Under the pieces are notes generated by a model. It was not told where the DNA came from and did not search any database. It worked only from the letters and a program-made list of their open reading frames with translations. 64,000 bases of DNA from an uncultured Actinomycetota bacterium. GTDB taxonomy: Bacteria > Actinomycetota > Acidimicrobiia > Spongiisociales > UBA5794. The stretch covers positions 77,449-141,448 of the forward strand of contig CAWIHT010000012.1 of the NCBI GenBank assembly GCA_963836085.1, written 5' to 3'. Each line of letters opens with the position of its first letter. Position 1 is the first letter of the stretch. The position numbers were made by a program, and so were the translations under genes. Shown piece by piece: positions 47,399-57,994 of the stretch.

Positions 47399-47947
47399 AT
47401 GCGCCTCGGGATCGATCTGGACGGCGTTGTCGCCGATTTCAACACCGGCTGGGTCGGTCGCTACAACCGTGAATTCGAGGCGAACTTGACCACCGACATG
47501 GTCGACTCATGGGATGCCATGGGTGACATCACTCACTTCGAGACCCTCAGCGACTTCTGGACGTGGGCGGAGAACGGCGACGGCGACTCGATCTTCCGGC
47601 ACCTCCCTCCCTACCCCAACGCCCTCGAGACGCTCCATCGACTCGCAGCGAACCACCAGATCGTGATCATCAGCGCCAAGTTCGGCTGGGCGCTGCACGA
47701 CACGTTCGCCTGGATCGCCGACAACCAGATCCCGACGAGGGAAGTCCACATCACCTACGCGAAGTGGCGGGTGCCGTGTGATGTCTACCTCGACGACTCC
47801 CCGCACCAGATCGTCGAACTCCACGAGAACCGCCCCGAAGCCGTGGTGTGCCGTTTCGTCCGCCCATGGAACGAGGCCGTGTTCGGCGTTCGCGACGTCT
47901 CCACCTGGGACGAATTCGAAACCCTGGTCGACCAGCGGTGGTGCTGA
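47399..47947 (+). CDS. HAD-superfamily 5'(3')-deoxyribonucleotidase-like protein
   Basis: MRLGIDLDGVVADF HAD motif I. 182 aa. ATG 3 nt after the dnaX stop. Confidence 0.7.
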   Translation: MRLGIDLDGVVADFNTGWVGRYNREFEANLTTDMVDSWDAMGDITHFETLSDFWTWAENGDGDSIFRHLPPYPNALETLHRLAANHQIVIISAKFGWALHDTFAWIADNQIPTREVHITYAKWRVPCDVYLDDSPHQIVELHENRPEAVVCRFVRPWNEAVFGVRDVSTWDEFETLVDQRWC

Positions 47948-48033
47948 CCGAGTTGGTTTTCGGAAGCAGTGACCGAGTACCATTGCATCGCTGGCACGGG
48001 CGCACCCAGTGCCCAATCGACACAGGAGTAAGA

Positions 48034-49156
48034 ATGAGGAAAATCCCTCTGATCGTCCTGGTCCTCGCATTCGCTCTCATCGCAGCTGCATGCAGCTCCG
48101 ATAGCGACGATACGACGACCACGGCGGCCGCCGCCGAGACAACAACGACCGCCGCACCGGAAACAACAACCACCACCGCGGCACCCGAGACAACGACAAC
48201 CGAAGCCATGGTCGAGATCGGCACTGCCGACAACCCGATCAAGGTTCTCTTCGTACCGTCCGTGAGCGCCGAAGAGATCATCGCCGGTGGCGAGATCCTC
48301 AAGGGTGTTCTCGAAGAGTCGACCGGCCTCGTCTATGAGGTCAGCGTCCCAACGTCCTATGCCGCGACCATCTCCGAAATGTGTGCGTCACCCGAGAACA
48401 CCGTCGGCTTCATCCCCGCAACCGCCTATGTCATCGGCAACGACGAGTGCGGCATCGAGGTTGCAATGAAGTCCCTGCGCTTCGGATTCACGGAGTACTG
48501 GGCCGAGTTCATCGTCCCGCGCGACAGCGACGCGACGTCCCTCGCCGACCTGGCCGGCAAGAGCTGGGCCTACCCGGATGTCGGCTCGACCTCCGGCTAC
48601 CTGGTCCCCAACGGCATGTTCCTCGCCGACGGCATTGAGGCGGGCGAGACGGTTGAAGCCGGTGGACACTCCGCCGTCGTCAAGGCGGTCTACAACGGTG
48701 AAGCCGACTTCGGAACGGTCTTCTTCAGCCCGTCCATCGACTCCGAAGACAACGTCATCTGGGACGGCACGACGGCAGACGCCGACGTTCCGGCGGACCT
48801 CGTCGACAGCTGCGTGCTCGACGGCGATGGCGAGATCGATTGCAGCGGCGTGTTCCACGCGCGACGCTCGTCGAAACATCCGTGAAGAGGCCCCGGACGT
48901 GATCCAGAAGGTCAAGATCCTGGAGCTCTCGCAGCCGATCCCGAACGACACCGTCAGCTTCGCGCCGGACATGTCGGACGAGATCAAGACCAAGATCGTG
49001 ACGGCGCTCGCCGACTACGCAGCGAATGATCCAGAAGGATTCGCGACTGCGTTCGACGCCTACTCCTGGAGTGGCATTGCGCTGACCGACGATTCGGAAT
49101 TCGACTTCATCCGTCTGCTCGTCCAGGAACTCGGACTCGAGTCCGGCGACCTCTAA
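48034..49156 (+). pseudogene. phnD: Phosphonate ABC transporter substrate-binding lipoprotein PhnD, interrupted by a +1 frameshift near 48855
   Basis: Frame A (48034..48885) holds the signal/lipobox LIAAAC and most of the PhnD fold. The C-terminal quarter (DARRNIREEAPDVIQKVKILELSQPIPNDTVSF...) continues in the +1 frame to 49156. The switch maps to a CC dinucleotide at 48855..48856. Confidence 0.7.
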
Positions 49157-49184
49157 AGGCAGTTGATTCGAAACACTGAGTATC

Positions 49185-49208
49185 GGGCGGGGACACGAGT
49201 CCCCGCCC
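49185..49208 (+). terminator. Intercistronic stem-loop between phnD and phnC
   Basis: gggcggggac acga gtccccgccc, a perfect 10-bp stem. No U-tract. Confidence 0.45.
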
Positions 49209-49241
49209 GCTGCTCGAACAAGCAGACAGGGCGCCAGATCC

Positions 49242-49994
49242 ATGCTCAAGGTTGAGAACCTCACGAAGATCTACGACGGCGGCACACAGGCACTTGACGA
49301 CGTCTCGTTTGAAGTCGAGAAGGGCGAGTTCCTGGCCGTCATTGGATTGAGCGGATCCGGCAAGTCAACGCTGTTGCGTTGCATCAATCGACTGATCGAG
49401 CCCACATCGGGCACGATCACCTGGGACGGCATCGACATCACGACCGCTTCCCAGGAAGACCTCCGACGCATCCGACGCCGCATCGGAATGGTCTTCCAAC
49501 ACTTCAATCTCGTCAGCCGATCGAAGGTGCTGACGAACGTCCTCGCCGGTCGCCTCGGCTACCTCAACCCGGCACTCAGCGTGGTCAACCGATTCCCGAA
49601 GGCCGACCTCGAGAAGGCCCATGCCCAACTGGCGAGGGTCGGCCTCGAAGAGAAGGCAGGGGCCCGGGCCGATGAGCTCAGCGGCGGCCAGCAACAGCGG
49701 GTCGGTGTGGCAAGAGCGATGATGCAGGACCCCGAGATCATGCTCGCCGACGAACCCGTCGCGAGCCTCGACCCGGTCCTTGCGCACAGCATCATGCAGT
49801 ACCTCGAACTCATCAACCAGGAGGACGGCGTGATGGTGCTGTGCTCGCTCCACTTCCTCGACCTCGTCCACCAGTATGCGGACCGCGTCATCGCTTTGAA
49901 CGAAGGAAAGCTCGTCTTCGAAGGGACCCCGGAGGAGATCGACGACGACAAGTTCAAGGAGATCTACGGGAAGGAGGCCGAGCGCGTTGGCTGA
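49242..49994 (+). CDS. phnC: Phosphonate ABC transporter ATP-binding protein PhnC
   Basis: Walker A GLSGSGKST, signature LSGGQQQRV, Walker B MLADEP. Confidence 0.9.
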   Translation: MLKVENLTKIYDGGTQALDDVSFEVEKGEFLAVIGLSGSGKSTLLRCINRLIEPTSGTITWDGIDITTASQEDLRRIRRRIGMVFQHFNLVSRSKVLTNVLAGRLGYLNPALSVVNRFPKADLEKAHAQLARVGLEEKAGARADELSGGQQQRVGVARAMMQDPEIMLADEPVASLDPVLAHSIMQYLELINQEDGVMVLCSLHFLDLVHQYADRVIALNEGKLVFEGTPEEIDDDKFKEIYGKEAERVG

Positions 49995-52428
49995 CGCAAC
50001 CCCGACCTCCACCGACCCGGCCACCCCGGAAGACCCAGCACCGAACGGCAAGAAGGGTCGCGGCTGGCGCCGATCGCTCTACATCATCATCGCGATCCTT
50101 GTCGCGTTCGTCATCTACGCCTTCGCGTTCGCCAAGACCGACGTCTCCCTCGAAGAGATCCAATCGGAGACCCGCCAGGAACAACTTTTCCGCATCCTGC
50201 GAGCCCTCGCTCGGCCAGACCTCGTCACCTACGACAAGACAGACCTTGTGGTGACCGCCGATGTATACGTCCCGTGCAACGGGGCGGAACCGACCCCGGT
50301 GACCCCCGCTGAGACGGGGGAGACCATCGTGGTCACCCCGACCTGCGCCGAGGCCGGCGATCTCTTCACGGTCAACGGATCCGGCTACGAACCGGGAGCC
50401 AAGGTCTCCGTCAACTTCGTGCCGGTATCGGACTTCGACATCGTGCTGCCCCAGGGGCGCGTCGAAGCTGAAGAGGACGGAACGTTCACAGTCTCGTTCG
50501 AGGCTCCGAGCCGCAAGACCGACGACCCACAACAGGTCGAGGCGATCACCCAATCCAACGTCGGTGGATGGCGGAATCGCGTCACCGTCTGGACGGACAC
50601 GAACAAGAACGGCGTCCAGGACGGAGAGTCACTCCCCGATTCCGGCGAATCGATCGCCGCCTACACCAGCGTACTTCCCGAATTCGACATCCGAAGCCCC
50701 GGTGGCGTCACCCTGGTCGATGACAACAACAACGTCATCGACTTCATCAGTTGGGGTGGCTCCTTCGAAGCAAGCACCGGCTCGGGAACCGGACTCGTGA
50801 GCCGGGACATCGGCCTTGATCCGTTCGACGCGGGCCCGGACGGATCCGTCCAACTCACCGGCAGCGGCACTACCGCCGAGGACTTCACCTGGTCCGGACC
50901 GTCGGCGAGCAGTCTCGGGACAATCAACGCCGGCCAGAGCACACCGGCCGGGGACTCCCCGGCCACCCTCTTCTTCAACGAGGTGGCATTCGACGACGTA
51001 CAACAGTTGGAGATCGCAGGACCCGCGAATGCGAGCGTGGCGGACGTCTCGATGATCTTCTTCGACGGCGTCGACGGCACGCAGTACAAGATCGTTCAGG
51101 TTGCGGACAAGACCGACCTTTCGCCGAGGCTCTCGGACAACGCGATCAACACGTGGGACCGCATCGTCGAAACCGTCATGCTGGCGCTCCTCGCCACAAC
51201 GGTCGGAACGATGCTGGCTGTACCGCTGAGCTTCCTCGCGGCGAAGAACCTCATGCGGGACGTGACGGTTCCGGTGATCAACCTCTCGCTGTCCCTCATC
51301 GCCATCCCGATCGGCCTGATGGTCGGAATCCAGGCCTCGCGGTGGGCCTCGTCCCTCCGAGCGTTCACCGATGCGAACTGGTTCACGCTGCTGGTGGCAC
51401 TCGTCGTCCTGGTTGCGATCATGTGGCTCTTGCTGCGGTGGGTCTTCCCGCCCGAAGAAGAGGACGAACCGCCAACGCTTGCGCTGCGAGCGCTGCGGGT
51501 CGCTGGCCTGATCGGCGTGGCCTTCCTGCTGCTGATCAGTTCCTACATCATCGGCAACCTGCTGATCCTCCTCGGAGGGTGGATGGAAGACCTCATCTCC
51601 TTCGCCCGGTTCCTCGGGAGTTTCGTGGTCTCCCTCGGCGAGATCACCGAGATCGCGATTCCGGTCTTTTCATCTCTCATCGGAGCATTTGCCCTTGCCG
51701 TTGCAGCAAGCAAACTTGGCTACTTCTTTGTTCGGCATGCGTCGCGCCCTGTCGTGAACATGGCGACGCTCGCGGTGTCGGCCATTGCCGGAGCTCTCGT
51801 CGGGATCACCATCGGCGCGATCATCGACTGGTTCTACCAGTTGGAGAATCCGTTCGCCACGGTGGTCGTCCCCGCGGCCATCGGTGCGGTCTTCGGTGCG
51901 TTCCTCTCCGTGAAGGCACTGCGCAAGGCCGAGGATCAGAACATCGGCTTGACCGTCTACTACATGGCCCGAACGCTGTTCAACGGCCTCCGGTCGATCG
52001 AGCCGCTGGTCATGGTGATCATCTTCGTCGTCTGGGTCGGCATCGGCCCGTTCGCCGGTGCGCTCGCCCTGGCACTCCACACCACCGCGGCGCTCGCCAA
52101 GCTCTATTCGGAGCAGGTCGAGAGCATCGCAACCGGTCCGCTCGAGGCCGTCCGGGCGACGGGGGCAACCCGACTCCAGACGATCATCTATGCCGTCGTG
52201 CCACAGATCGTGCCGCCGTACATCTCGTTCACCATGTATCGCTGGGACATCAACGTGCGCATGTCAACCATCATCGGCTTCGCCGGCGGTGGCGGTATCG
52301 GCTTCCTCCTGCAGCAGAACATCAACCTGCTGCAGTACCGGGCGGCCGCCGCACAGATGCTTGCGATCGCAATCGTGGTGGCGTCGATGGACTACATCAG
52401 CTCGCGGCTCCGTGAGAAGTTCGTCTAG
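49987..52428 (+). CDS. phnE: Phosphonate ABC transporter permease PhnE with a ~330-aa periplasmic insertion after TM1 and an extra ~200-aa transmembrane block
   Basis: C-terminal core matches PhnE (GIGPFAGALALALHTTAALAKL...YISFTMYRWDINVRMSTIIGFAGGGGIG). 813 aa against about 270 typical. TTG start overlaps the phnC stop. Confidence 0.8.
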   Translation: MADATPTSTDPATPEDPAPNGKKGRGWRRSLYIIIAILVAFVIYAFAFAKTDVSLEEIQSETRQEQLFRILRALARPDLVTYDKTDLVVTADVYVPCNGAEPTPVTPAETGETIVVTPTCAEAGDLFTVNGSGYEPGAKVSVNFVPVSDFDIVLPQGRVEAEEDGTFTVSFEAPSRKTDDPQQVEAITQSNVGGWRNRVTVWTDTNKNGVQDGESLPDSGESIAAYTSVLPEFDIRSPGGVTLVDDNNNVIDFISWGGSFEASTGSGTGLVSRDIGLDPFDAGPDGSVQLTGSGTTAEDFTWSGPSASSLGTINAGQSTPAGDSPATLFFNEVAFDDVQQLEIAGPANASVADVSMIFFDGVDGTQYKIVQVADKTDLSPRLSDNAINTWDRIVETVMLALLATTVGTMLAVPLSFLAAKNLMRDVTVPVINLSLSLIAIPIGLMVGIQASRWASSLRAFTDANWFTLLVALVVLVAIMWLLLRWVFPPEEEDEPPTLALRALRVAGLIGVAFLLLISSYIIGNLLILLGGWMEDLISFARFLGSFVVSLGEITEIAIPVFSSLIGAFALAVAASKLGYFFVRHASRPVVNMATLAVSAIAGALVGITIGAIIDWFYQLENPFATVVVPAAIGAVFGAFLSVKALRKAEDQNIGLTVYYMARTLFNGLRSIEPLVMVIIFVVWVGIGPFAGALALALHTTAALAKLYSEQVESIATGPLEAVRATGATRLQTIIYAVVPQIVPPYISFTMYRWDINVRMSTIIGFAGGGGIGFLLQQNINLLQYRAAAAQMLAIAIVVASMDYISSRLREKFV

Positions 52429-52430
52429 CG

Positions 52431-53429
52431 ATGGGTTCATTCCGGCTTCGTGACCGGGTAGTGACGGAGTTCGAGGAGGTGGAGGGACTCGCTCCTGCGG
52501 CGACGCGATCGACCGCGTCCCTCGGGCGGGCCATCCCCGAAGAACCCGATCCCTGGAGAACCTGCTTCGAACGGGACCGCGACCGGATCCTGCACTCGAA
52601 GGCGTTTCGCAGGCTGAAGCACAAGACACAGGTCTTCATGAACCCGGAGGGCGACCACTACGTCACCCGACTCACCCACACTCTCCAGGTCACCCAGGTT
52701 GGGGTAGCGATCGCACGCGGCCTCAGCCTCAACCTGGCACTCACCGAGGCAATCTGTCTGGGGCACGACGTCGGACACTCGCCGTTCGGCCACACCGGGG
52801 AAGAAGCCCTGAGCGAATTCGTCGAAGGTGAATGGCGACACTCCGACCAGTCGGTTCGAATCTTCGAAGTCCTTGAACCTCACAACCTGAGCTTCGAAGT
52901 CCTCGACGGGATCCGGGCACACCCATGGAAGGTCGAGACCCCGGCATCGACCCCGGAGGGTGGGATCGTCCGCTTCTCCGACCGGATCGCCTACCTCGCA
53001 CACGACGCGCTCGACGCGATCCGCGCAGGTGTGCTCGGCCCGACCGACTTCCCTCCTGCTGTGCTCGAGACGCTCGGCGTGCCGGGGAGCGAGTGGATCA
53101 ACACGATGATCACGTCGGTGATCACCACGTCGTTGGAGCGGGACGAAATCGCCATGGACGATCACACGCTCGCGGTGATGCACGAACTACGCGACTTCAT
53201 GTTCGAGCACGTGTATCTGCGAGCGGAGGTCGAACCACAGCGGCGCCGGGCTCGGGAGATCGTCCGGAACCTCGTCGAGTACTACGAGAGCCATCCGGCG
53301 GAGGTTCCTGTCACCTATCGCCAGGACGATGCGGATGCGCTAACCCAGGTCATCGACTTCGTCGCCGGCATGACCGACCGCTACGCCATCGGCCGCCACG
53401 ACGAGCTGTTCCGACCACAGTTGTTCTGA
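52431..53429 (+). CDS. dGTPase-like HD-domain triphosphohydrolase (Dgt family)
   Basis: RDRDRILHSKAFRRLKHKTQVF...HTLQVTQVG...GHDVGHSPFGH HD motifs. Confidence 0.85.
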   Translation: MGSFRLRDRVVTEFEEVEGLAPAATRSTASLGRAIPEEPDPWRTCFERDRDRILHSKAFRRLKHKTQVFMNPEGDHYVTRLTHTLQVTQVGVAIARGLSLNLALTEAICLGHDVGHSPFGHTGEEALSEFVEGEWRHSDQSVRIFEVLEPHNLSFEVLDGIRAHPWKVETPASTPEGGIVRFSDRIAYLAHDALDAIRAGVLGPTDFPPAVLETLGVPGSEWINTMITSVITTSLERDEIAMDDHTLAVMHELRDFMFEHVYLRAEVEPQRRRAREIVRNLVEYYESHPAEVPVTYRQDDADALTQVIDFVAGMTDRYAIGRHDELFRPQLF

Positions 53430-53445
53430 GTCGCTTCGGAGTATT

Positions 53446-53464
53446 CCTTCCCCTCAGGGGAAGG
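53446..53464. terminator. Bidirectional hairpin between convergent genes
   Basis: ccttcccc tca ggggaagg, a perfect 8-bp stem with a triloop. Confidence 0.45.
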
Positions 53465-53496
53465 GATTGAAGAAGGGGATGGGAGTGGAGGAATGC

Positions 53497-53910
53497 TCAC
53501 CCGGCCAGGGCGCCGACGGTGGCGAGGAGCAACAGGTTCAGCAACGTCCATGCCATCGCCACCGTGATGTAGTTTCGGAACCAGTGGGCCCATGTCTCCG
53601 AACGGACCGCGAGTGAGGTCCCAACGAGGTACCAGAGCGGCAGGCTCGTCACGAGACCGAACACAACCACCGTCGTCCTGGAGACCACGATGAAGTCGAA
53701 CGACAGAAACCAGGTCGTCGGAAGCGCGATGACCAGCATTACCGCGGCAACGAAGCTCGCCGCGAAGTCCTGAAGATCTCCCGGCTGTCGTGAACCGACC
53801 GCCAGCGCCATCACCACCATCAACGACGGATAGCCGAGCGCGACAAGGCCAGCCGTCGTTCGTCCGATCGACGAACGGCGCGGAGCGAACGAGACGTTAG
53901 GAGTTGCCAC
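53497..53910 (-). CDS. Hypothetical membrane protein
   Basis: 4 predicted TM helices. No family recognised. Start uncertain. Confidence 0.45.
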   Translation of the reverse strand: MATPNVSFAPRRSSIGRTTAGLVALGYPSLMVVMALAVGSRQPGDLQDFAASFVAAVMLVIALPTTWFLSFDFIVVSRTTVVVFGLVTSLPLWYLVGTSLAVRSETWAHWFRNYITVAMAWTLLNLLLLATVGALAG

Positions 53911-54080
53911 GAGAGCCTGAACACGACATCACGCGAATCGTACCGCGCGATACCCGGTCCGGCAGACTGGGGTCTCGGAAGCCCGTGTCCCTGAACCATC
54001 GAGAAGAGCGCGAAAACGCTCGACCGGGGGTCCGCTCGTCTCGCAAATACCTGGCCTTTGGGTCTAGCCTGAGGCTCCGA

Positions 54081-55226
54081 ATGTCCGTCTCACCCCCCAC
54101 CAAAACGGTCATCCTCGTCTTGCTGCTCGCGCTGCTTGTGGTCGCACCGATCCCGGCCGGTGCGCAGACCAAGAGTGACGTCGATCGAGCCGAAGCTGCC
54201 AAGGAGCAGGCCTACCAGGATCTCCTCGATGCCAACCAGGCCGTCGGCTCCGCTATCAGCGAACTCGAAGGCATCGAGGCCGAACTCAACGAACTCACCT
54301 ATACGATCAGTCGCCTCGACCGGAAGATCAACGAGTTCGACGACCAGGTCGAGGAACTCCGGACCAACGCCCAGGAAGTCGTGGTCGAGGCGTACACCAA
54401 CTCGGGGACCGGGCTCGTCACCGCAGCCTTCACCGCAGGGTCGATCCAGGACCTCCTCACGAGCCAGACCCTCATCGGCCAGGCGACCGACCGGGATCTT
54501 GCCTCGCTCGATCTCCTCACCGCCGTCAACCGAGAGAACGACCGGCTGAAGATCGAGATCGCCGAGAAGCAGGCCGAGGTCGAGGTGCTCGAAGAGCAGC
54601 AGATCGCCGTCGTCGAGCGGCTCGCGGTCGCCCGTGAGAAGGCCGACGAGGTATTCGAGTACGCCAAGTTCAAGTACGCGGACGTCCTCGCCGACTACGA
54701 GGCAGAGCTCAAGCGCCAGGCAGAGGCCGAAGCTCGCCGCAGGGAAGCCGAAGCCGCCGCCGCCCGCGCCAGCAACAACACCTCCGGCGCCGCGCGCAGC
54801 TCTGCCGCCGCCGGCCTCCCCGCCGTAACGACGAAGGGCGTCGTTTGCCCGGTTGCAGGGAATACCTACTTCATCGACACCTGGGGCGCTGCCCGTCCGG
54901 GCGGCCGCACTCACAAGGGTGTCGATATGTCGGGTGCCAGCGGGACCCCGCTCGTCGCCATGAACTCCGGCAAGGTCCGCCTGAACTGGCACTCCGCGGG
55001 CGGCCGGCAGGTCTACGTCTACGGCGACGACGGCAACTTCTACTACTACGCCCACCTCAGCGGTTATGCCTCCGGCCTGAGCAACGGCGACCGGGTTGCC
55101 AAGGGCGAACTCGTCGGCTACATGGGTGCGACCGGCAACGCCTCGGTCTCCCACCTGCACCTCGGCATGGGCCGCATCGGTGGTGCCTACGTGAACCCCT
55201 ACCCAACGGTCCGCGCCGCCTGCTGA
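54081..55226 (+). CDS. Secreted M23 family metallopeptidase with N-terminal coiled coil (paralog of 21810..23138)
   Basis: Signal peptide, coiled coil, LytM domain CPVAGNTYFIDTWGAARPGGRTHKGVDM...HLHLG. ATG at 54081. Confidence 0.85.
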   Translation: MSVSPPTKTVILVLLLALLVVAPIPAGAQTKSDVDRAEAAKEQAYQDLLDANQAVGSAISELEGIEAELNELTYTISRLDRKINEFDDQVEELRTNAQEVVVEAYTNSGTGLVTAAFTAGSIQDLLTSQTLIGQATDRDLASLDLLTAVNRENDRLKIEIAEKQAEVEVLEEQQIAVVERLAVAREKADEVFEYAKFKYADVLADYEAELKRQAEAEARRREAEAAAARASNNTSGAARSSAAAGLPAVTTKGVVCPVAGNTYFIDTWGAARPGGRTHKGVDMSGASGTPLVAMNSGKVRLNWHSAGGRQVYVYGDDGNFYYYAHLSGYASGLSNGDRVAKGELVGYMGATGNASVSHLHLGMGRIGGAYVNPYPTVRAAC

Positions 55227-55229
55227 TCA

Positions 55230-55374
55230 GGTAGCTACCAGTCGCCAGCTGCCAGCTACCAGCTCGAACACCCAGCCTTCGCCGTGTGACAGGCTTCCTG
55301 GTCTGACGCGCCGGCGCCACAACCCCTGGCTTCTGTCCCTGAACTTCCGGATCGGGCTGGTAGCTGGCAGCTGG
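55230..55374. repeat. Long-range inverted repeat (19-nt perfect arms, 92-nt spacer) plus a 10-bp palindrome in the M23/ABC intergenic region
   Basis: ccagctgccagctaccagc (55245..55263) is the reverse complement of gctggtagctggcagctgg (55356..55374). ggtagctacc at 55230..55239 is self-complementary. Confidence 0.8.
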
Positions 55375-55419
55375 AAGCCATCTGACTGGCGTCCCGACCT
55401 TCATTACCCTTCGCCGTTC

Positions 55420-56342
<923 letters not shown>

Positions 56343-56343
<1 letters not shown>

Positions 56344-57119
56344 TGGCCACGCCACTCGCCCTGCGCGTCTTCGAGGCTGAGGCTCGGGTCTACCGGCGCA
56401 CCTGGCGCGGGTCGGTCATCTCGACGTTCCTCAATCCGATCCTCTACCTCGCGGCCATGGGCATCGGACTCGGCTCGCTCGTCGACGCCAACATGCCGGA
56501 GGGCGTGGAAGGGGTCACCTACCTCACCTTCCTCGCCCCGGGGCTCCTCGTCGCAACGGCCATGCAGACCGGCGCCGGAGAGGGTTCGTGGAAGGTCATG
56601 GCCGGCATGAAGTGGACGAAGACGTACCACGCCAAGCTCGCTGCCCCGATCGACGTTCCCGGTCTCGTCGGTGGCCACATGCTGTGGGCCGGTGCACGGG
56701 TGCTCATGGTGTCGGTGGTGTTCGCATTCGTGATGGCCGCATTCAGGGTCGCACCCCTGTTTCAGTCACTCCTTGCGGTGGGACCGGCCCTCCTCGTCGG
56801 ACTCGCCATGGCGGCGGCGACGACCGCGTTCACTGCCCGTCTCGATGACCCGGCCGGCTTGCCGATGTACTTCCGCTTCGTGGTGATCCCGATGTTCCTG
56901 TTCTCCGGCGCGTTCTTTCCGATCACCAATCTCCCCGGGTGGCTCCAGGTCGTCGCACTCGCTACCCCGATGTATCACGGCGTCGAGTTGAGCCGCGCCA
57001 TCGTCGTCGGCACGGAACCGCCGGTTGCTTGGTGGATCAGCGTCGCCTCCCTCGTCGCTTGGATCGCGATCGGGACCGCTCTCTGCATGGGGCCGTTCCG
57101 CAAGAGGCTGAAACCATGA
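56343..57119 (+). CDS. ABC-2 family transporter permease
   Basis: 6 TM helices, DrrB/NodJ-like. TGATG overlap with the ATPase gene. Confidence 0.8.
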
Positions 57120-57919
57120 CCGCCGGTCCACTCCTCACCCGGGTCGTTCCACCCCTGCCGCGACGGTGGCGGGGCGGCTACGTCGTCGAACGCAACGTCG
57201 TAGCGACGAAGTCTTTCTGGCCTGTGTATCTCTCCGGCTTCTTCGATCCGGTCTTCTACCTCCTCGCCATCGGTGTCGGCATCGGCCAAATGGCAGGCGA
57301 CGTCCAGGTGGCCGGCATCCCGGTGGACTACACCGCGTTCGTCGCACCTGCGATGCTCGCTGCGTCGGCCATGAACGGTGCCGTCTACGAGTCGACCAAC
57401 ATGTTCTTCAAACTGAAGTACGGGAAGATCTACGACGGAATCCTCGCGACCCCCCTGGATGCCCGGGATGTAGCGAGCGGTGAGATTGCCTGGTCGCTCG
57501 CACGAGGAGCGATCTACTCGCTTGCGTTCCTGCTCGTGATGGCGGTGATGGGTCTCATTCACTCTCCGTGGGGGATCCTCGCCTTCCCGGCCGCGATCCT
57601 GATCGGTTTCTCCTTCGCCGCGGCCGGAACCGCCGCCACCACCTACATGCGGACGTGGCAAGACCTGGACCTCATCACCCTCGTTACGCTGCCCCTCTTC
57701 TTGTTCTCGGCGACCTTCTACCCGATCGACGTGTATCCCGAGTTCATCCAGGTCGTGACCTGGGTGTCACCGCTCTATCACGGTGTTGTGCTGATCCGGG
57801 GCCTCACGCTGGGAATCCTCGAGTGGACGATGCTCATCAACGTCGCCTACCTCACGGCGATCGGAGTCGTTGGCTCGTTCATTACGGCACGACGCGTCGG
57901 AACACTGCTCCTGAAATAG
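57116..57919 (+). CDS. ABC-2 family transporter permease (second subunit)
   Basis: 6 TM helices. ATGA overlap with the previous permease. ATG at 57116. Confidence 0.8.
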   Translation: MTAGPLLTRVVPPLPRRWRGGYVVERNVVATKSFWPVYLSGFFDPVFYLLAIGVGIGQMAGDVQVAGIPVDYTAFVAPAMLAASAMNGAVYESTNMFFKLKYGKIYDGILATPLDARDVASGEIAWSLARGAIYSLAFLLVMAVMGLIHSPWGILAFPAAILIGFSFAAAGTAATTYMRTWQDLDLITLVTLPLFLFSATFYPIDVYPEFIQVVTWVSPLYHGVVLIRGLTLGILEWTMLINVAYLTAIGVVGSFITARRVGTLLLK

Positions 57920-57994
57920 CCAATCGTCGATAAGCGTTCCAGAACGACCCGTCCGTTGATACGCTCTGCCGACAGCACCGACCAAGGAGCCTCC

